A stretch of 34,657 bases of DNA from Brevibacterium luteolum (GTDB lineage: Bacteria; Actinomycetota; Actinomycetes; Actinomycetales; Brevibacteriaceae). Below, in pieces: positions 10,236 through 21,255 of this stretch. The first letter of the stretch is position 1, and each line of letters starts with the position of its first letter. Where the stretch lies: contig NZ_JABEMC010000004.1 of NCBI RefSeq assembly GCF_013004595.1, positions 248,001-282,657 on the forward strand. The letters are read 5' to 3'. The notes beneath the pieces are model-generated. The model saw only the letters and a program-made list of their open reading frames with translations. It had not been told where the DNA came from and did not search any database. A program made the translations under genes and the position numbers.

Positions 10236-11077
10236 AGACCGACCGCCTGCATGAGCTCTCCGATCTCATCGGGGCGCAGGTCGCGGACCTTGCCCTGGCG
10301 CTGTTCGGCCAGGGCGATCGGGCCGAAGTGGGTGCGCACGAGCCGGTCGACGGGGTTGCCGACGGCATCGAGCAGGCGGCGCACGACCCGGTTGCGGCCT
10401 TCGTGCAGGACGAGTTCGACGAGCGCGCGTCCGGGGGTTGAGTCGATGAGCTTGAAGGAGTCGACCCGGGCGATGCCGTCGTCGAGTTCGATGCCCTCGC
10501 GCAGACGGGCGCCGACGTCCTTGGCGACCGGGCCGCGCACCTGGGCGAGGTAGGTCTTGGGGATCTCATAGGACGGGTGGGTCAGCCGGTTGGACAGCTC
10601 CCCGTCGTTGGTGATGAGCAGCAGGCCCTCGGTCTCGGCGTCGAGGCGGCCGACGTGGAAGAGCCGTTCGGGCCGGTCGCGCAGGTACTCGGCCAGGCTC
10701 GGCCGGCCCTCGGGGTCGTCCATCGTCGAGACGACGCCGGCGGGCTTGTTGAAGGCGAGGTAGACGCGGTCGGGGGCGGTGACGATGCGCATCGAGTCGA
10801 CGTGGACGGTCTGGGTCTCCGGGTCGATGCGGGTGCCGAGTTCGGTCACGATCTGCCCGTCGACTTCGACGCGGGCGTCGGCGATGAGCTGCTCGCAGGC
10901 GCGCCGGGAGCCAAGGCCGGCATCGGCGAGCACCTTCTGCAGGCGCACGCCGTCAGGCTGGTGGACGGCGTTGGCCGCCGAGGTGTTCTGCTGGGCGGTA
11001 CGCTGCGCCTGGCTGCGCTGTCGGCGGGTCGGGCGTTTGGACCGGTGGCCGGGTCCGCGTGGATTGCTGCGAGTCAT
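10232..11077 (-). CDS. rluB: Pseudouridine synthase, RluB/RsuA family
   Basis: S4 domain RLQKVLADAGLGSRR, GRLD catalytic motif, EGRNR. Start set at ATG 11077, 7 nt after TGnGACAAT; ATG 11086 is an alternative. Confidence 0.9.
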   Translation of the reverse strand: MTRSNPRGPGHRSKRPTRRQRSQAQRTAQQNTSAANAVHQPDGVRLQKVLADAGLGSRRACEQLIADARVEVDGQIVTELGTRIDPETQTVHVDSMRIVTAPDRVYLAFNKPAGVVSTMDDPEGRPSLAEYLRDRPERLFHVGRLDAETEGLLLITNDGELSNRLTHPSYEIPKTYLAQVRGPVAKDVGARLREGIELDDGIARVDSFKLIDSTPGRALVELVLHEGRNRVVRRLLDAVGNPVDRLVRTHFGPIALAEQRQGKVRDLRPDEIGELMQAVGL

Positions 11078-11150
11078 AGGGGTCATTGTCTCAAACCCGC
11101 ACGTGGTTGCCGAACCGGGCGCGAGGTGTGGCTGCAGCTTGTGCTGCCGC

Positions 11151-11849
11151 TCAGGTCTCGGCAGGCTCCCCGCCGGCTTCCAGGCCCACCTCGGCTGGTG
11201 CTGCCGGTTCGTCGGCGTCTGCGCCGAGGTCGATGTCGTCGCCGGTGGCCACGTCGTCGTCTGCCGGCAGGAAGGGTGCGATGTCGGGCAGTTCGTCGAG
11301 GCTGTCGATGCCGAGGCTTTCAAGGAACTGGCCGGTGGTGGTGAACTGGCGTGCTCCGGTGAGCTCTTCGGTGCCGGCTTCGACGATGAGGCCTCGCATG
11401 AGCAGGGTGCGCACCACACCGTCGACGTTGACGCCGCGGATCGCGGAGATCCGTGCGCGGGTGACCGGCTGCCGGTAGGCGATGACGGCCAGGGTCTCCA
11501 AGGCCGCCTGGGACAGGGTGGCGGTCTGGCCGGCGGTGAGGAAGTCGGAGACGAGGTCGTGGTAGTCGCTGCGCGAGTAGATCCGCCAGCCGCCAGAAGC
11601 CTCCCGGAGCTCGAAGCCGCGCTGCCGGCTGCCCGGCTGCCGTCCGTCGTAGTCGGCCTGCAGCTGCCGGCAGGCGGCGGTGACGGTACCGGCCTCGATG
11701 CCCAGGCTCTCCGCCAGCGCTTCGGCGGTGACGGGGGCGTCTGCGATCATGAGCACGGCTTCGATCCCGGCCAGCAGCGTGTCCTCAACCTGCGCCCCGA
11801 CCTGCTCCTCGACCTGTTTGTCAGCCTGCGCTGTGTGCTGCTCGGTCAT
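11151..11849 (-). CDS. scpB: SMC-Scp complex subunit ScpB
   Basis: LSQAALETLAVIAYRQPVTRARISAIRGVN; follows scpA with an ATGA overlap. Confidence 0.95.
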   Translation of the reverse strand: MTEQHTAQADKQVEEQVGAQVEDTLLAGIEAVLMIADAPVTAEALAESLGIEAGTVTAACRQLQADYDGRQPGSRQRGFELREASGGWRIYSRSDYHDLVSDFLTAGQTATLSQAALETLAVIAYRQPVTRARISAIRGVNVDGVVRTLLMRGLIVEAGTEELTGARQFTTTGQFLESLGIDSLDELPDIAPFLPADDDVATGDDIDLGADADEPAAPAEVGLEAGGEPAET

Positions 11850-12739
11850 GTCGGCTCCTCGTCATCAGCTGGGGTCGGGGCGTCCCATTCGTCGGTGTCG
11901 GGCAGTGCGATGGTCGCCAGGTCTGCAGCTTCTGCGGCGACGACGGTGAGCTCGCCGAGCGGGGCGGGCTGGTCGAAGTCGCACATGCCGGCTTTGAAGA
12001 GCTCGAGGAGTGCGAGGAACCGGGCGACGACGACCATGGTGCTCTCGGCATCGGCGATGAGGTCTGAGAAGGTCAGCTGGCCGTGCTGGCCGAGGCGGGT
12101 GAGGACGACGGTGCGCTGTTCGGCGACGCTGATCTGGGGCAGGTGCAGGTGGTCGGTGCTCACCGTCGGCGGGGTGTGGTCGCGCTGCAGCACGGTGGCG
12201 TAGATCGCGGCGAGCACCTGCGGGGTGGCGGTGATCTCGAGCGGCGGGAGGATGTCGCGCAGTCCCTCCTCCAGCGGCACAGACCGGGCGGTGCGGGTGG
12301 CGGCGTGTGCCATCTGCTCGGCGAAGACGGCGGAGACGGCCTTGTAGGCGCGGTACTGCAGCAGCCGGGCGAAGAGCAGGTCGCGGGCTTCGAGCAGTTC
12401 TAAGTCGAGTTCGTCATCGACGTCGCCGCGCGGCAGCAGCCGGGCGGTCTTGAGGTCGAGCAGGGTGGCTGCCACGAGCAGGAAGTTCGACAGCTCATCG
12501 AGGCTCTGCTCTGCCCGCAGCGCGGTGACGTAGGCGATGAACTCGTCAGTCACCTCGGCTAAGGCGACATCGGTGATGTCGAGTTTGCGCTTGGAGATGA
12601 GCCCGAGCAGCAGGTCGAAGGGGCCGGAGAAGTTCTCCAGCGTGACGACGAAGCCGCCGGACTCGTTATGCCCGGCGGCTTCGCTGGTCTCGGCATCACC
12701 GGCGGCCGGGGCCGAGGCGTCCTGCTGTGCCGTGCTCAT
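11846..12739 (-). CDS. scpA: Segregation and condensation protein ScpA
   Basis: FSGPFDLLLGLI, FLLVAATLLDLK, RFLALLEL. Start moved to ATG 12739, just after the parA stop. Confidence 0.93.
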   Translation of the reverse strand: MSTAQQDASAPAAGDAETSEAAGHNESGGFVVTLENFSGPFDLLLGLISKRKLDITDVALAEVTDEFIAYVTALRAEQSLDELSNFLLVAATLLDLKTARLLPRGDVDDELDLELLEARDLLFARLLQYRAYKAVSAVFAEQMAHAATRTARSVPLEEGLRDILPPLEITATPQVLAAIYATVLQRDHTPPTVSTDHLHLPQISVAEQRTVVLTRLGQHGQLTFSDLIADAESTMVVVARFLALLELFKAGMCDFDQPAPLGELTVVAAEAADLATIALPDTDEWDAPTPADDEEPT

Positions 12740-12747
12740 CGCTGGGC

Positions 12748-13629
12748 TCAGGGTGCTCCCCCGCGGGCCACGAGCTCGCACGCCAACTGACGGTAGGCCT
12801 GTGCTCCGGTATGGGTGGGGGCGAAGGAGATGATCGGCTCAGCTGCCACCGAGGCGTCGGGGAACTTCACGGTGCGGCTGATGACGGTGTCGAAGACCCG
12901 GTCGCCGAAGGCCTCGACGACCCGGGCGATGACCTCCTTGGCGTGCAGGGTGCGGCCGTCGAACATCGTGGCGAGGATGCCGTCGATCTCCAGGCCGGGA
13001 TTGAGGCGGTCCTGGACCTTCTCGATCGTCTCGACGAGCAGGGCGACACCGCGCAGCGCGAAGAACTCGGTCTCCAGCGGGATGATGACGCCGTGGGCGG
13101 CGGTGAGCGCGTTGACGGTCAGCAGGCCGAGCGAGGGCTGGCAGTCGATGAGGATGACGTCGTACTCATCGGAGACCTTCGCCAGGGCGCGGGCGAGGAC
13201 CTGTTCGCGGGCGACCTCGCCGACGAGCTGCACCTCGGCAGCGGAGAGGTCGATGTTGGCCGGCAGGATGTCGATGCCCTCGACGTTGGAGGGTTCGATG
13301 ACCTCGTGCGGGTCGAGCCGGGAGTTCATCAGCACGTTGTACACGCTGCGCTCGAGGTCGTGCGGGTTGAGGCCGAGCCCGACGGAGAGCGCACCCTGCG
13401 GGTCGAAGTCGACGAGCAGCACCCGGCGGCCGTAGTCGGCCAGCGCGGCTCCGAGGTTAATCGACGAAGTCGTCTTGCCGACGCCGCCCTTCTGGTTCAC
13501 CATTGCGATGATCCGTGCCGGGCCGTGCCCGTCGAGCGGCGGCGGTTCAGGGTACTCGACCTGCGGTCGCCCGGTCGGGCCCATCACCTCGGCATCTGGG
13601 ATGTCCAGCTTCTGCTGCGAATCAGCCAC
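12748..13629 (-). CDS. ParA/Soj family ATPase (paralogue linked to scpAB)
   Basis: Deviant Walker A NQKGGVGKTT, DFDPQG, IDCQPSLG. RBS AAAGGTGAG and -10-like TAAGCT (13661-13666). Confidence 0.93.
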   Translation of the reverse strand: MADSQQKLDIPDAEVMGPTGRPQVEYPEPPPLDGHGPARIIAMVNQKGGVGKTTSSINLGAALADYGRRVLLVDFDPQGALSVGLGLNPHDLERSVYNVLMNSRLDPHEVIEPSNVEGIDILPANIDLSAAEVQLVGEVAREQVLARALAKVSDEYDVILIDCQPSLGLLTVNALTAAHGVIIPLETEFFALRGVALLVETIEKVQDRLNPGLEIDGILATMFDGRTLHAKEVIARVVEAFGDRVFDTVISRTVKFPDASVAAEPIISFAPTHTGAQAYRQLACELVARGGAP

Positions 13630-13731
13630 GCCAGTCTCACCTTTCGTCTCGGATGTGTTCAGCTTATCGTGCGCACCGGCACTTTCGTCGTTCCACCGCG
13701 CCTGCTGCCGCAGGCTGGGCTGTGTGCCGGT

Positions 13732-14694
13732 TCAGCGGGCCCGCGGGTGGGTGGTGGCGTACACCTCGCGCAGGGTCTGGCTCGTCACCCGCGTGTAGAT
13801 CTGGGTAGTCGTCACGGCGGCATGCCCGAGCAGCTCTTGGACGACCCGGATGTCGGCGCCGCCTTCGAGCAGGTGGGTGGCGAATGAGTGGCGCAGCGAG
13901 TGCGGGCTGATGTCGTCATCGAGGCCGGCGTGCTGGGCGGCGGTCTTGATGGTCTGCCAGGCGGATTGGCGGCTGAGCCGGCCGCCACGCTGGTTGACGA
14001 ACACCGCGCCGGCGCGCTGCCGGCCGGTCTGCTGGCCGGCACCGGCGCGGGCGGTCATCTCCGGCCGGGCGCGCACAAGCCATGCTTCGAGCGCTTCGGA
14101 GGCGTGTGAGCCCAGCGGCACGAGGCGTTCCTTGCTGCCCTTGCCGTAGAGGCGCACGATCCTCGATTCGAGGTCGATGTCGTCGATGTCGACGCCGATC
14201 GCCTCGCTGATCCGCGCGCCGGTGGCGTAGAGGAACTCCAGCAGTGCCCGGGCCCGCAGCTGAACCGGTTCGTCTCCAGCGCAGGCAGCGAGCAGCCGTT
14301 CGACCTCAGCGATGGTGAGCGCATGCGGCAGGGAGTCGACGTCGCGGGGTGGGGAGATCTCAGCGGCCGGGTCATCCGACACCCGTCCTTCGGCGTGGAG
14401 GAATCCGAACAGCCGCCTGATCGCCACGGTCAGCCGTGCCCGGGAGCGCACCGCCAGGCCGGTGTCGGCGATGAGGGCGAGGAAGGTCTCCAGGTCAGAT
14501 CCGGTGACGGCGGTGAGGTCGCGGATCTGCTGGTCTTCAAGCCACGTGAGCAGGCGGGCCAGATCGCGAGCATAGGCGTCGAGCGTGTTGTGCGACAGGC
14601 CGCGTTCGAGCTGCAGGTGGGCGAGGTAGTCGCGAACCGGATCGGCCAGCCCAGCCGGCGCCTCGGGCAGCAGTTCGGCTGCGTGGCGGGCCAT
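13732..14694 (-). CDS. xerD: Site-specific tyrosine recombinase XerD
   Basis: TGARISE, GKGSKER, HSLRHSFATHLL, LLGH...TTQIY; canonical pyrG-NUDIX-xerD synteny. Start moved to ATG 14694 (TGATG overlap). Confidence 0.93.
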   Translation of the reverse strand: MARHAAELLPEAPAGLADPVRDYLAHLQLERGLSHNTLDAYARDLARLLTWLEDQQIRDLTAVTGSDLETFLALIADTGLAVRSRARLTVAIRRLFGFLHAEGRVSDDPAAEISPPRDVDSLPHALTIAEVERLLAACAGDEPVQLRARALLEFLYATGARISEAIGVDIDDIDLESRIVRLYGKGSKERLVPLGSHASEALEAWLVRARPEMTARAGAGQQTGRQRAGAVFVNQRGGRLSRQSAWQTIKTAAQHAGLDDDISPHSLRHSFATHLLEGGADIRVVQELLGHAAVTTTQIYTRVTSQTLREVYATTHPRAR

Positions 14695-15430
14695 CAGGAT
14701 CCGTCGGCGGCAGGCCCGGTTCGGGTGCGGGTGCCGCGGGCGCGCAGCTGCACGTCTCTGGCCGGCCACGGTTCGTCGGCTGCGCGCATGTTCTCCCAGC
14801 CGCGGGCGCGGGCGTGGTCGGCGTGCAGGATCGCCAGCGCGGCGGTGCCGTTGGTCACGCGTCCGGCCAGCACCGCTTCGACGGCCTCGGTCAGCGGGAT
14901 CCAGGCCGGCACGATGCCGTTCTCCTCCCCGTCGCGCAGGTGGCGTTCGGCCTCCGGGACGGCGCTGAGGTCGCGGGCGGCGAAGATCCGCAGCGTCTCG
15001 CTGACCCCACCGGGCGTTGAGAGCTGGTCGGCGAGCAGGTGCCATTCTTCTGCATGCAGGTCGGCTTCCTCACCGAGTTCGCGCTGGGCTGCGTGCAGCG
15101 GTTCCTCACCGGGCACATCGAGCAGGCCGGCTGGGATCTCCCAGTCCCGGCACAGCACCGGGTGCCGGTACTGCTGGATGAGCAGGATCCGGTCCTCAGC
15201 GTCGATCGCAGCGATCGCGACGGCCCCGGTGTGCTGGACGAAGTCGCGGGTCAGCGGCTCGTCGGATTCGGGCAGCGAGAAGGTCTCGCGCCGCACGTCC
15301 CACACGTAGCCGCGGAAGGCGGTTTCACTCGAGGTCACCTCAGCGGGAGTGAACTCGTCGCGCAGCTCGGCTGACGGGCCCTGCTGTGCTGTCAGGGCTT
15401 CGGCAGCCGAGGTGGCGTGTCGGGCGTGCA

Positions 15431-15431
<1 letters not shown>
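14694..15431 (-). CDS. NUDIX hydrolase (ADP-ribose pyrophosphatase-like)
   Basis: Nudix box GLLDVPGEEPLHAAQRELGEEADL, QYRHP; coupled to pyrG by TGATG. Confidence 0.9.
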
Positions 15432-17155
<1,724 letters not shown>

Positions 17156-18337
17156 TCAGCGGCGCTCGTTCGGGCGGGTGCCGGCATGCATGCCGAGGAC
17201 CGTGTCGTAGATGTCGAGCAGGATCAGCCCGGCGGTGTCGACGCTGGTGGAAGCGGCTACCCGGTCCTTGGCTGCGACTGCTGCGGTGGCACGGGCGGCG
17301 GGGTTGTCGACGTAGTCGGCGATGGCGGCCAGCAGTCCGGGCGTGTCGTCGGCGGCGACGTGGGTGACGCGCTCACCCCAGATGCGGGCACCGCGCTCCC
17401 GGCCGATGTGGACGACCGGCCTGCGCATCTGCATGAGCCCTTCGGTGCTCAGCCCGGTCATCCGGTCGGCGGCGATGACAAGATCGGCGGCAGCGGCCAC
17501 CTCGGCGGCGGAGTATTCGCTGGCCACGCGGATGTGGTCGAAGCGGTTGGCGATCTCGCGGCTGACCTGGTCGCGGGCTGCTCCCCCGCCGGTGAAGGCG
17601 ACCACCCAGCGGCGGTCGGGACGGTGGCTCGGCAGCCTGATCGCGGCATCGAGCACGGTGGTCAGGTCGGTGCCGTCGCGCATCTCGATGGGGCTGGCGA
17701 TGAGCCAGTGGCCGGCAGGCACGTCGAGGTCGCGGCGCACCCGCTTGCGGTCGCGGGTCAGCGCCGTGGCGACATCGGCGCGCGGGTCGAGGTCGGGGCG
17801 CAGCAGCGGGGCGCGTTCGGTGACCGGGACTTCGAGGTCGGCGAAGTACTCGCAGACCGGGTCGGTGGTGCCGAGCACGGCAGTCGAGGTGCGGGCGACG
17901 GTGCGGGCCAGCAGCGATTCGACGGTGCTGGATTCGTCGAAGCGCTCGACAGTGGTGATGATCGCCGGCTGCATCCGCTGCGGCAGACCGGTCAGGGCGA
18001 GACCGGCGAGCGCTCCGGCGTGCAGTCCGTGGGCGTGGACGAGGTCGACGTGCCGGTAGTACTTGTGCAGTGTGAAGGCGTGCGCGGCGTCGGAGGCGCG
18101 GATGCCGCGCACCGCGCCGATCTCGATGTGGACGAGCAGCGGGTCAGCGGTGTCGAGACCGAGCGTGTCGAACACGGACCGGCGGGCAGCGATGGCGGTC
18201 GGGTAGCCGGCCTGCAGGTGGCGCGCGATGGTCTCGCGGGCCATCTCGACGACAACGGAATCGGCGGTGTCGAGAACGTGCATGATCCGGGTGCTGGGAT
18301 CCGGTCCGAGGGGCGTCTGGCTGGCGAGTTCGCTCAT
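17156..18337 (-). CDS. Divergent GT-B/GT4-like glycosyltransferase homologue
   Basis: LVHAHGLHAG parallels the neighbour's IVHAHGFRAG. ADLVI...RRPVV region lacks the Ex7E motif. RBS GAAAGAG. Confidence 0.75.
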   Translation of the reverse strand: MSELASQTPLGPDPSTRIMHVLDTADSVVVEMARETIARHLQAGYPTAIAARRSVFDTLGLDTADPLLVHIEIGAVRGIRASDAAHAFTLHKYYRHVDLVHAHGLHAGALAGLALTGLPQRMQPAIITTVERFDESSTVESLLARTVARTSTAVLGTTDPVCEYFADLEVPVTERAPLLRPDLDPRADVATALTRDRKRVRRDLDVPAGHWLIASPIEMRDGTDLTTVLDAAIRLPSHRPDRRWVVAFTGGGAARDQVSREIANRFDHIRVASEYSAAEVAAAADLVIAADRMTGLSTEGLMQMRRPVVHIGRERGARIWGERVTHVAADDTPGLLAAIADYVDNPAARATAAVAAKDRVAASTSVDTAGLILLDIYDTVLGMHAGTRPNERR

Positions 18338-18397
18338 GGCTGTCGCTCTTTCTGCTGGTCGCGGATGGGTTGCGTCTGTCTCTAGACTAGCGATGTT

Positions 18398-19534
18398 TCA
18401 GCGGCTGCCGGCATCGAGCAGGGACGTGTAGTGGCGGAGGATCGTGCGGGCGACTTCGGGTTCGCGCGGCAGGTCGAGTGCCTTGTGGGCCGCGCGGCGA
18501 CCGAGTTCGGCGCGCATCTGCTCTTCGGCGGCGAGCATCCGGATGCCCTCGGCCATCGCCTCGGCGTCCCCGGGGGTGATGAGCAGGCCGGCGTCACCGA
18601 GCAGTTCGGGGGTGCCGCCGGTCGCGGTGGCGATGATCGCTTTGCCGGCCATCATCGCTTCCTGCAGCACGAGTGCGCGGGCCTCCCACAGGCTGGAGAG
18701 GACGAAGATGTCAGCGGCTTGGTTGAGGGTGGTGACGTCATCGCGCTGGCCGAGGAAATGCACCGGCAGCTGTTCGGCGATGACGCGCTTGCGCAACACG
18801 CGCGTCTCCTCCTCATCAGCGGCTCCGGCGATGAGCAGATGCACCCGGTCGTCATCGAGGCGGGCCAGGGCGTCGAAGAGCAGACCGTAGTTCTTCTGCG
18901 GGGCGATCCGGCCGACGGCGAGCATGAGGACGGTCTCGCGCGGCAGTGCGAGTTCGCGCAGCAGTCTGGAGCGCAGCAGCCGGTTGTTGACGTCTTCGGC
19001 GAACTGCGGGTCAGGCGCTGCGGCTGGGGCGAAGACGGCGTTGCGGGCACCGTGGTCGCGAGCGCGGACGACGAGGTCGGAACTGGCCCCGATCGTCAGG
19101 TCGGCGCCGCGGGCGACGTACATCTGCACGGCCTTCTCGGCAAGTTCGCGGATGCCGCTGCCCATCGCCTGGTTGTGCCAGGAGACGACGGTGTGGGGGC
19201 GTTTGCGCTTGGAGATCCGGTTGGCGGCCGTGAGTGTGGTGAAGCCGGCGCGGAAGCCGTGGGCGTGGACGATGTCGGCGTCGAAGGTGGCGATGAGCTT
19301 GCGCAGCCGGTTGATTGAGACGGTGTCCCTGACGCTGAGACGGGTGCCGAGCTCGAGGGGTGCGAAGACCACCTGGCCGAGAGCGTCGAAGCCGAACTGC
19401 TCGTTGGTCGCCGATGGGCCGATGACGCCGACGGTGTGGCCTGCCTGCGCGAACTCCCGGGCCAGGGAGGCGACGTGGGTTCCCACTCCTCCGGTAGAGG
19501 TGGCTAAGACCAACAGAATCCGCAGGCTGCGCAT
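18398..19534 (-). CDS. Glycosyltransferase family 4 (GT-B)
   Basis: STGGVGTHV, HAHG, VGRIAPQKN, WEARALVLQEAM (Ex7E), TGGTPE. RBS GAGAGGA. Confidence 0.92.
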   Translation of the reverse strand: MRSLRILLVLATSTGGVGTHVASLAREFAQAGHTVGVIGPSATNEQFGFDALGQVVFAPLELGTRLSVRDTVSINRLRKLIATFDADIVHAHGFRAGFTTLTAANRISKRKRPHTVVSWHNQAMGSGIRELAEKAVQMYVARGADLTIGASSDLVVRARDHGARNAVFAPAAAPDPQFAEDVNNRLLRSRLLRELALPRETVLMLAVGRIAPQKNYGLLFDALARLDDDRVHLLIAGAADEEETRVLRKRVIAEQLPVHFLGQRDDVTTLNQAADIFVLSSLWEARALVLQEAMMAGKAIIATATGGTPELLGDAGLLITPGDAEAMAEGIRMLAAEEQMRAELGRRAAHKALDLPREPEVARTILRHYTSLLDAGSR

Positions 19535-19563
19535 GGACGATGTCCTCTCAGTCGATCGCTCAC

Positions 19564-19594
19564 CGGCGCCTTCGGCGCCGCTTCAGCCAGTCTA
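19564..19594 (-). promoter_or_regulatory. Candidate internal promoter with 5' stem-loop
   Basis: Minus-strand TAGACT (19589-19594) followed by hairpin CGGCGCC-GAA-GGCGCCG (19564-19580). Confidence 0.45.
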
Positions 19595-19626
19595 ACGAAT
19601 CCGGAGGGCTCTGCTGGCCGGTCGGA

Positions 19627-21255
19627 TCAGCGGCCGGCCAGCTGGCGCAGCGAGGTCACGAGCCGGCGGTTGAGCACGAGGGTGAGTCCGGCCATGACGG
19701 CGACGGCGATGAGGCCGGAGACGAGGCCGGAGACGACGGCGCCGCCTGCTGGCGGCCAGCTTCCTGTCACGGTGAGCATGAGCTGGGCGCCGCCGTAGCC
19801 GGCGGCGGCTGCGGCAAGGGAGGTGAGCACGGTGATGAGCAGGTTGCGCGTCATGCCGTGGAGGGCCTCGGCGCCGACGGCTCGGCGCATGAAGGTCAGG
19901 TGGAGCACGGCGGCGACACTCATGCCGACGGCGTGTCCGAGGCAGACGAGGATGAGGGTGGTCGCAGCGCGGCGGCTGGGCTCGGTGGTGGTGATGACAG
20001 CGGCTCCGATGAGCACGGTGGCGATGACGGAGATCCATCCGGTGGTCGTGCCGATCGCAGCGTAGCGGGCGGATTCGAGGGCGGCGTACATGCGCATCGC
20101 CCAGGCGATCATGCACCAGCCCGGCACCGCAAGTGCCATCACGAGGATTGCGGTCGACATCGCAGCGAAGGGCACGGCTTCGGATCCGGAGGCGGCGTCG
20201 AGGGCGGTGAAGAACTGCTGCAGCGGCACGGCTGCGGCCACTAGGATCGCAGCCCCCAGACCGCCGGCGATGAGGATGGCTGCGGTTGTCGTCGCCACGG
20301 TGCGCGGCACCTCAGCGGCGGCTTCTGCGGCCTGCCGGGACAGGCGCGGGAACACGACGGTGGCGATCGGCACGGCGAGCACCGCATACGGCAGCATGTA
20401 CACGGCCTGGATGTAGTTGAACAGCACAAACACGCCGGTGCCGCCGGTGCGGTTGGAGACGGTGAGCACCGAGAGGATCGCGATCTGCTGGGCGATGAGC
20501 GCGGTCATGCCGGCGGTGCCCAGGCGCACGGCACGGCGGGCGACACCGTCGGGGAAGGTGAAGGTCGGCCGCAGCCGCACCCCGGTGGCTGTGGTCGGCA
20601 GCCACAGCGGCAGGGCCAGAGCGACGACTCCGGCGGTGGTGCCCCAGGCGAGCAGGGCCAGAGGCCCGGCGGCTGCGGAGTCCGCGTCGGTGGGAACTGC
20701 GCCGTAGGCCAGGTAAGTGCCGATGACGACGAGGCTGGAGAGCAGCGGCATGAATGCCGGCCACAGGAACTTCCGGTGTGCCTGCAGCACTCCGGTGAGC
20801 ACCGCTCCGACGGCGTAGAGCGGCAGCTGGGCGGCGAAGATGAGGAGGAACTGCCCGGCGTAGTGGGCAGCGGCCGGGTCAGCCCCGGCGCCGCCGGCGA
20901 TGAGGGCTGCGGCCAGCGGCTGGTGGAACGCGGCCACGAGCACGGCCAGCGGCACGGTCAGGGCCAGTGACCAGGTCAGCAGCGCCGAGGCGATCCGGTT
21001 GACCTGCTCGCGGTCGGTGCGTGCGATCGGGGCGGCCAGCAGCGGCACGACCGCTCCGGCCAGGGCACCTCCGGCGACGACCTCGTAGAGGATGTTCGGC
21101 ACCTGGTTGGCCGCCTGGTAGGCGGTGCCGACGACGCCGGCGCCGACGGTCGGAGAGAAGACGAGCCAGCGGACGAACCCGATGACCCGTGTCAGCAGGG
21201 TGATGACGGCGACGGCCAGTGCCGCCCCGGCTGTGGCCCGCAGCCAGCGGGGCAT
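19627..21255 (-). CDS. MurJ/MviN-family (MOP) flippase
   Basis: TRVIGFVR...AYQAANQVPNILYEVVAGGAL N-terminal signature; many TM segments; no C-terminal pseudokinase extension. Confidence 0.88.
   Translation of the reverse strand: MPRWLRATAGAALAVAVITLLTRVIGFVRWLVFSPTVGAGVVGTAYQAANQVPNILYEVVAGGALAGAVVPLLAAPIARTDREQVNRIASALLTWSLALTVPLAVLVAAFHQPLAAALIAGGAGADPAAAHYAGQFLLIFAAQLPLYAVGAVLTGVLQAHRKFLWPAFMPLLSSLVVIGTYLAYGAVPTDADSAAAGPLALLAWGTTAGVVALALPLWLPTTATGVRLRPTFTFPDGVARRAVRLGTAGMTALIAQQIAILSVLTVSNRTGGTGVFVLFNYIQAVYMLPYAVLAVPIATVVFPRLSRQAAEAAAEVPRTVATTTAAILIAGGLGAAILVAAAVPLQQFFTALDAASGSEAVPFAAMSTAILVMALAVPGWCMIAWAMRMYAALESARYAAIGTTTGWISVIATVLIGAAVITTTEPSRRAATTLILVCLGHAVGMSVAAVLHLTFMRRAVGAEALHGMTRNLLITVLTSLAAAAAGYGGAQLMLTVTGSWPPAGGAVVSGLVSGLIAVAVMAGLTLVLNRRLVTSLRQLAGR

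Noticed and set aside
12748..13629. ParA as a plasmid or ICE partition system
   Set aside because: No parB, rep or conjugation genes; standard chromosomal paralogue before scpAB.
13732..14694. Tyrosine recombinase as a phage or island integrase
   Set aside because: Housekeeping XerD motifs and canonical pyrG-NUDIX-xerD-parA-scpAB synteny; no att repeats or cargo.
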